Source of the DNA: Verrucomicrobiota bacterium
GTDB taxonomy: Bacteria; Verrucomicrobiota; Verrucomicrobiia; Opitutales; Seribacteraceae
NCBI GenBank assembly: GCA_027622665.1
Contig: JAQBYT010000033.1
Coordinates: 1 to 49,624 of the forward strand
Length of the DNA: 49,624 nt
Direction of reading: 5' to 3'
The position numbers were made by a program, and so were the translations under genes. The stretch's first letter is position 1; each line of letters begins with the position of its first letter. A model generated the notes under the pieces. It was not told where the DNA came from. It searched no databases and saw nothing but the letters and a program-made list of their open reading frames with translations. This document shows, one piece after another, positions 46,128 to 49,624 of the stretch.

Positions 46128-47006
46128 TCAGGTGGAGAAATCATTATCCTCTATCCGCTGGGGCCGGCAATAGAGATTGAAACGCTTGTCGGAAAGAAAA
46201 CCGGCTAGAGTCATGCCGAAGTTGTCCGCAAGTTCTACAGCGAGACTGGACGGGGCTCCCACGGCGGCAAGCACGGGAACGCCCGCAAGCAGAGCTTTTT
46301 GAACAAGCTCAAAACTGGCTCGACCACTGACGAGGATCAAGCGCTTGGAGAGAGGCCAGTCGCCCGCGAGGAAGCGACGACCGAGCAGCTTGTCCATCGC
46401 ATTGTGGCGACCAACGTCTTCGGCGACGTCGATAATTTCTCCAGATGGATCCACAAGAGCCGTGGCGTGAAGCCCGCCCGTCTGGGCAAAGGTTCGCTGA
46501 AGCTCAAGAAGCTTGCCGGGCAACGAGCGCAGAATATCAGAAGTAATACAAAAGCCATCTTCCTCGATTCGTTTCAAGCCCCGAACCGACAGCGCTTCCA
46601 AGGTAGCCTTGCCGCAGACACCGCAGCTCGATGAGGTGAAGACGTGTCGGGATAGTTGTTCGAAATCGATGTCGACGCCTTCCCGAAGGGCTACCCGAGC
46701 AATGTTCGGTGCAAGGCCAAGGCCCGAGTTGTCCTCTCCCGAACCGATGGAAATTTCTTCGATATCCTCGCGAGAAGATACAATCCCTTCCGTCGCGAGG
46801 AAACCGGCGGCCAATTCTGCGTCGGCACCGGGCGTTCGCATGGTGATCGAAATGCCTTTGGATGCGAGAACACCCTGCTTGCCCCTGTAAGCGAGTCGAA
46901 TCTCGAGCGGTTCTTCCACAGCAAGCAAATCCTCCACAACCACGGATTCGTCTTTAGCGCGACGTTGTATTCGCACGCTCTTGATCGACAGGTCGGTATT
47001 GCTCAT
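46128..47006 (-). CDS. fdhD: Formate dehydrogenase accessory sulfurtransferase FdhD
   Basis: EEPLEI, TMRTPG, SSCGVCG, TGGLHA, EDVGRHNAMDK, SGRASFE. Confidence 0.95.
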   Translation of the reverse strand: MSNTDLSIKSVRIQRRAKDESVVVEDLLAVEEPLEIRLAYRGKQGVLASKGISITMRTPGADAELAAGFLATEGIVSSREDIEEISIGSGEDNSGLGLAPNIARVALREGVDIDFEQLSRHVFTSSSCGVCGKATLEALSVRGLKRIEEDGFCITSDILRSLPGKLLELQRTFAQTGGLHATALVDPSGEIIDVAEDVGRHNAMDKLLGRRFLAGDWPLSKRLILVSGRASFELVQKALLAGVPVLAAVGAPSSLAVELADNFGMTLAGFLSDKRFNLYCRPQRIEDNDFST

Positions 47007-47099
47007 AGAATAGAATCGTTCCGGTCTTCGAGCTATCCGCAAGCCGAATCGCGCGAGTGGCGCTTGCCAATGATTTCAGGAATGTCATAGATAAACGGA

Positions 47100-47888
47100 A
47101 TGCTCATACTAATTTCACCGGCAAAGACCTTAGACTACGAAACGCCGCCCGCAACGGAGGTCTGCACCCAACCCGAGTTCCTCGACGAGTCCTCTGCCTT
47201 GATCAGGGGGCTGAGCAAGCTCTCCGAGGAAGATGTCGGGGAGTTGATGGGCATCAGTCCTAAGCTCGCGAAACTGAACAAGGATCGTTTCTCAAACTGG
47301 AAGGCGCCCTTCACACCTGAAAACTCGAAGCAGGCCGCCCTCGCCTTCAAGGGCGACGTCTACGAAGGCATGCGAGCGTGGGAATTCGATGCAAAGGATT
47401 TCGCCTTCGCCCAAAAGTCGCTACGTATCCTTTCAGGCCTTTACGGGTTGCTTCGTCCTTTGGATCTCATGCAACCATACCGTCTCGAGATGGGCACGGT
47501 CTACGCAAACCCTGCGGGCAAGGACTTATACGCCTTCTGGGGAGACCGCCTCGCCAAGGCCATTGACGAAGCCGTCTTAGCCAGCGGTTCCGACCTACTC
47601 GTCAACCTCGCCTCTCAGGAGTACTTCAAAGCCGCCAAGGAAAACACCTTGAAGGCCCGCGTTGTCTCGCCCGTCTTCAAGGACGAGAAAAACGGCAAAT
47701 ACAAGATCGTTAGCTTCTACGCAAAGAAGGCCCGCGGTCTGATGAGCGCCTACCTAATCCGCAACCGGGTGACGAAGGCCGAGGATATCGCAGGATTCGA
47801 CTTCGCCGGCTACAGGTATTCCCCCGAGAACTCAACCGACGACAAACCCGTTTTCCTCCGTGAGGAACGCTTGGCGAAGGCAAGCTGA
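47100..47888 (+). CDS. yaaA: Peroxide stress protein YaaA (UPF0246)
   Basis: ISPAKTLD, F.GDVY.G, LSGLYGLLRPLD..QPYRLEMG, NLASQEY, SFYAKKARG. Confidence 0.96.
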   Translation: MLILISPAKTLDYETPPATEVCTQPEFLDESSALIRGLSKLSEEDVGELMGISPKLAKLNKDRFSNWKAPFTPENSKQAALAFKGDVYEGMRAWEFDAKDFAFAQKSLRILSGLYGLLRPLDLMQPYRLEMGTVYANPAGKDLYAFWGDRLAKAIDEAVLASGSDLLVNLASQEYFKAAKENTLKARVVSPVFKDEKNGKYKIVSFYAKKARGLMSAYLIRNRVTKAEDIAGFDFAGYRYSPENSTDDKPVFLREERLAKAS

Positions 47889-47902
47889 ACCAAAGCACAC
47901 GA

Positions 47903-48589
47903 ATGAACATAGACAACGAAGAAATAAATCGCAGAATCGAGGAGAAGCACCGACTCGTCGCAGGCAAGTCCGCCCTGCTCGTCATCGACATGCAGCACGG
48001 CTTCCTCGACGAGGGCGCCTCGCTGGAAGTGGCCGCAGGGCGGGCAATCATCCCGACCATCCGCAGTCTCGTGGACGCCTTCCGGGCCAAGGGAGCTCCC
48101 GTGATATTCACCGAGTTCGTCTACGCCGACAACGTGCCCTGCCTGCGGGGCGATCCCTTCGGCGTGGAACACTTGCCCGCAGAGAAAGGCGAACCAACGG
48201 GCCTCGAGCATCCCTCCTCGAACTGTCTCATCGGCCCGAACGCCGGTGAGGGAGTGGAATCCGCCGAGACAGTCGAGGAGTTGGCGCCTCTGCGGGGTGA
48301 ACTGGTGATACAAGGCCACACCTACGACAAGTTCTACGGCACGCCACTCGACCTTTCCCTGCGCAGCCAAGGTATCACCCACCTCGTGGCCACGGGCATC
48401 ACGACCGACGTCTGCGTGAGCGGAACCGTCATATCCGGAACCACCCGAGACTACCGCGTAACCCTCGCCACCGACGGCGTGGCCTCTCCCTTCCCCGATC
48501 TCCATGAAGCCGCCCTCAAGCTACTCGCCCACAAGTTCGCCCGCCTCAAGACGAGTGAGGAACTGATCGAGGAGCTGGCCTCCTCTTGA
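47903..48589 (+). CDS. Isochorismatase-family cysteine hydrolase
   Basis: ALLVIDMQHGF, GITTDVCV; the usual catalytic Lys position reads QGHTY. Confidence 0.88.
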   Translation: MNIDNEEINRRIEEKHRLVAGKSALLVIDMQHGFLDEGASLEVAAGRAIIPTIRSLVDAFRAKGAPVIFTEFVYADNVPCLRGDPFGVEHLPAEKGEPTGLEHPSSNCLIGPNAGEGVESAETVEELAPLRGELVIQGHTYDKFYGTPLDLSLRSQGITHLVATGITTDVCVSGTVISGTTRDYRVTLATDGVASPFPDLHEAALKLLAHKFARLKTSEELIEELASS

Positions 48590-49624
48590 AAACGCCACTT
48601 TTAGCCCAAGCTCTTTTCATCGGTATTGCGACGTGGGGTTCCCTCTTCCTCCTCGCCAGCGGGGAGCCGTCTAAACCCATTCAAGAGGCAAGTAACGGAG
48701 GGAAGCTAACCCACCGACCAATCCTAGCCTCCCTCCCCGAAGTCACCCCACCTGCCCCGCCCTCCATTCCCCCGTCCCTGCTTCGGGTCGAGCGTAACCC
48801 CGTCTCGCAAGGGATCTTTACCGTCCTCGCTCACAACGTCGAGAATCTCTTCGATCTTGATGGCGTTTCCGCATACAACGACTACAAGCCCGAATACTAC
48901 GGAGCCTCCCAACTGCAGCGGAAACTGGCGAACCTCACTAACCTGCTCGCCCGCTTCGGCGACGGTTCGGGCCCGGACGTCGTACTGCTCCAGGAAATCG
49001 AGCTCGACCGCACCGCGGAAAGAGACAAGTCCGCCGCCGAACTCCTGAACGAAGCCCTGCGCAAAAAGGGTCTCGGTCCCTACCACCTCGTGGAAGGACG
49101 AATTAAGGAACAGTCACTGAAGAAATCTCCCTCGATCGTCTGCGTGACCTTGTCGAAGTTTCCTGTTGAGGAAGTCCGCATGCACCCGCTGGAACGAGCC
49201 CGACCGATACTCGAAACGCGCATCGCGGTAAACGGTCGGCCGCTCGTCATCTTCAACAACCACTGGAAATCCGGAGCCTCTTCCGCCTCTCTGGAGAAGG
49301 TGCGTCTAGGCAATGCAGAAGTACTTCGTAAACGAATCGATGCCCTCCTCGCCACCGATCCCGCCGTCGACTTCATCGTGGGCGGCGACCTCAACTCCCA
49401 CTACAACCAAAAACAAGTCTACGCCGCCACCATGCCGCAAACGGGAGTGAACGACATCCTCCTTTCCCACGGCGACGAAACCGCCATGCTTAAACCTACC
49501 CGGAAGCTCTACAACCTTTGGCACGAACTGCCTCCCGAGCAACGAGGTTCCGACATATGGAAAGGCGAGTGGGGCACCCTCATGCACCTAGTACTATCCC
49601 ACGGCCTTTATGACGACACAGGCA
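48586..49624 (+). CDS. Endonuclease/exonuclease/phosphatase (EEP) family protein, partial (runs off right edge)
   Basis: Not in ORF track. TTG overlaps the upstream TGA; signal-like N-terminus; HNVENLFD, PDVVLLQEIE, NNHWKS, GGDLN. Confidence 0.88.
   Translation, partial: MKTPLLAQALFIGIATWGSLFLLASGEPSKPIQEASNGGKLTHRPILASLPEVTPPAPPSIPPSLLRVERNPVSQGIFTVLAHNVENLFDLDGVSAYNDYKPEYYGASQLQRKLANLTNLLARFGDGSGPDVVLLQEIELDRTAERDKSAAELLNEALRKKGLGPYHLVEGRIKEQSLKKSPSIVCVTLSKFPVEEVRMHPLERARPILETRIAVNGRPLVIFNNHWKSGASSASLEKVRLGNAEVLRKRIDALLATDPAVDFIVGGDLNSHYNQKQVYAATMPQTGVNDILLSHGDETAMLKPTRKLYNLWHELPPEQRGSDIWKGEWGTLMHLVLSHGLYDDTG

Overview
Bacterial chromosomal window. Gene style and content suggest a Verrucomicrobiota/Opitutales-like organism, but that is inference. 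Left 19 kb (minus strand): a surface-polysaccharide locus with wzi, SLBB export protein, GbsR/MarR regulator, an ops/JUMPstart-like element, wzz, wbpA/B/D/E-like genes, gmd, two epimerases and asnB (partial). It is interrupted by an AAA+/DUF4143 gene flanked by short periodic repeats, and by a ~3 kb stack of toxin-antitoxin modules (three HEPN-MNT pairs plus dinJ and a frameshifted yafQ). The TA modules are interleaved with two hidden, sequence-diverged fragments of the neighbouring DegT aminotransferase gene, which suggests repeated insertion at that gene. Right 30 kb is higher-GC core genome: glnD, a dual-GAF histidine kinase, an HNH nuclease whose 3' end overlaps a predicted 183-nt 6S-like hairpin RNA, xerD-purS-FAH-purQ-purL-purF, a lytic transglycosylase, an MrpA-less Mrp antiporter operon, fdhF/ydeP-like and fdhD genes, two metallophosphoesterases, yaaA, an isochorismatase and a partial EEP nuclease. 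No rRNA, tRNA, CRISPR array or intact transposase was recognised. All alignments, folds and counts were done by hand.
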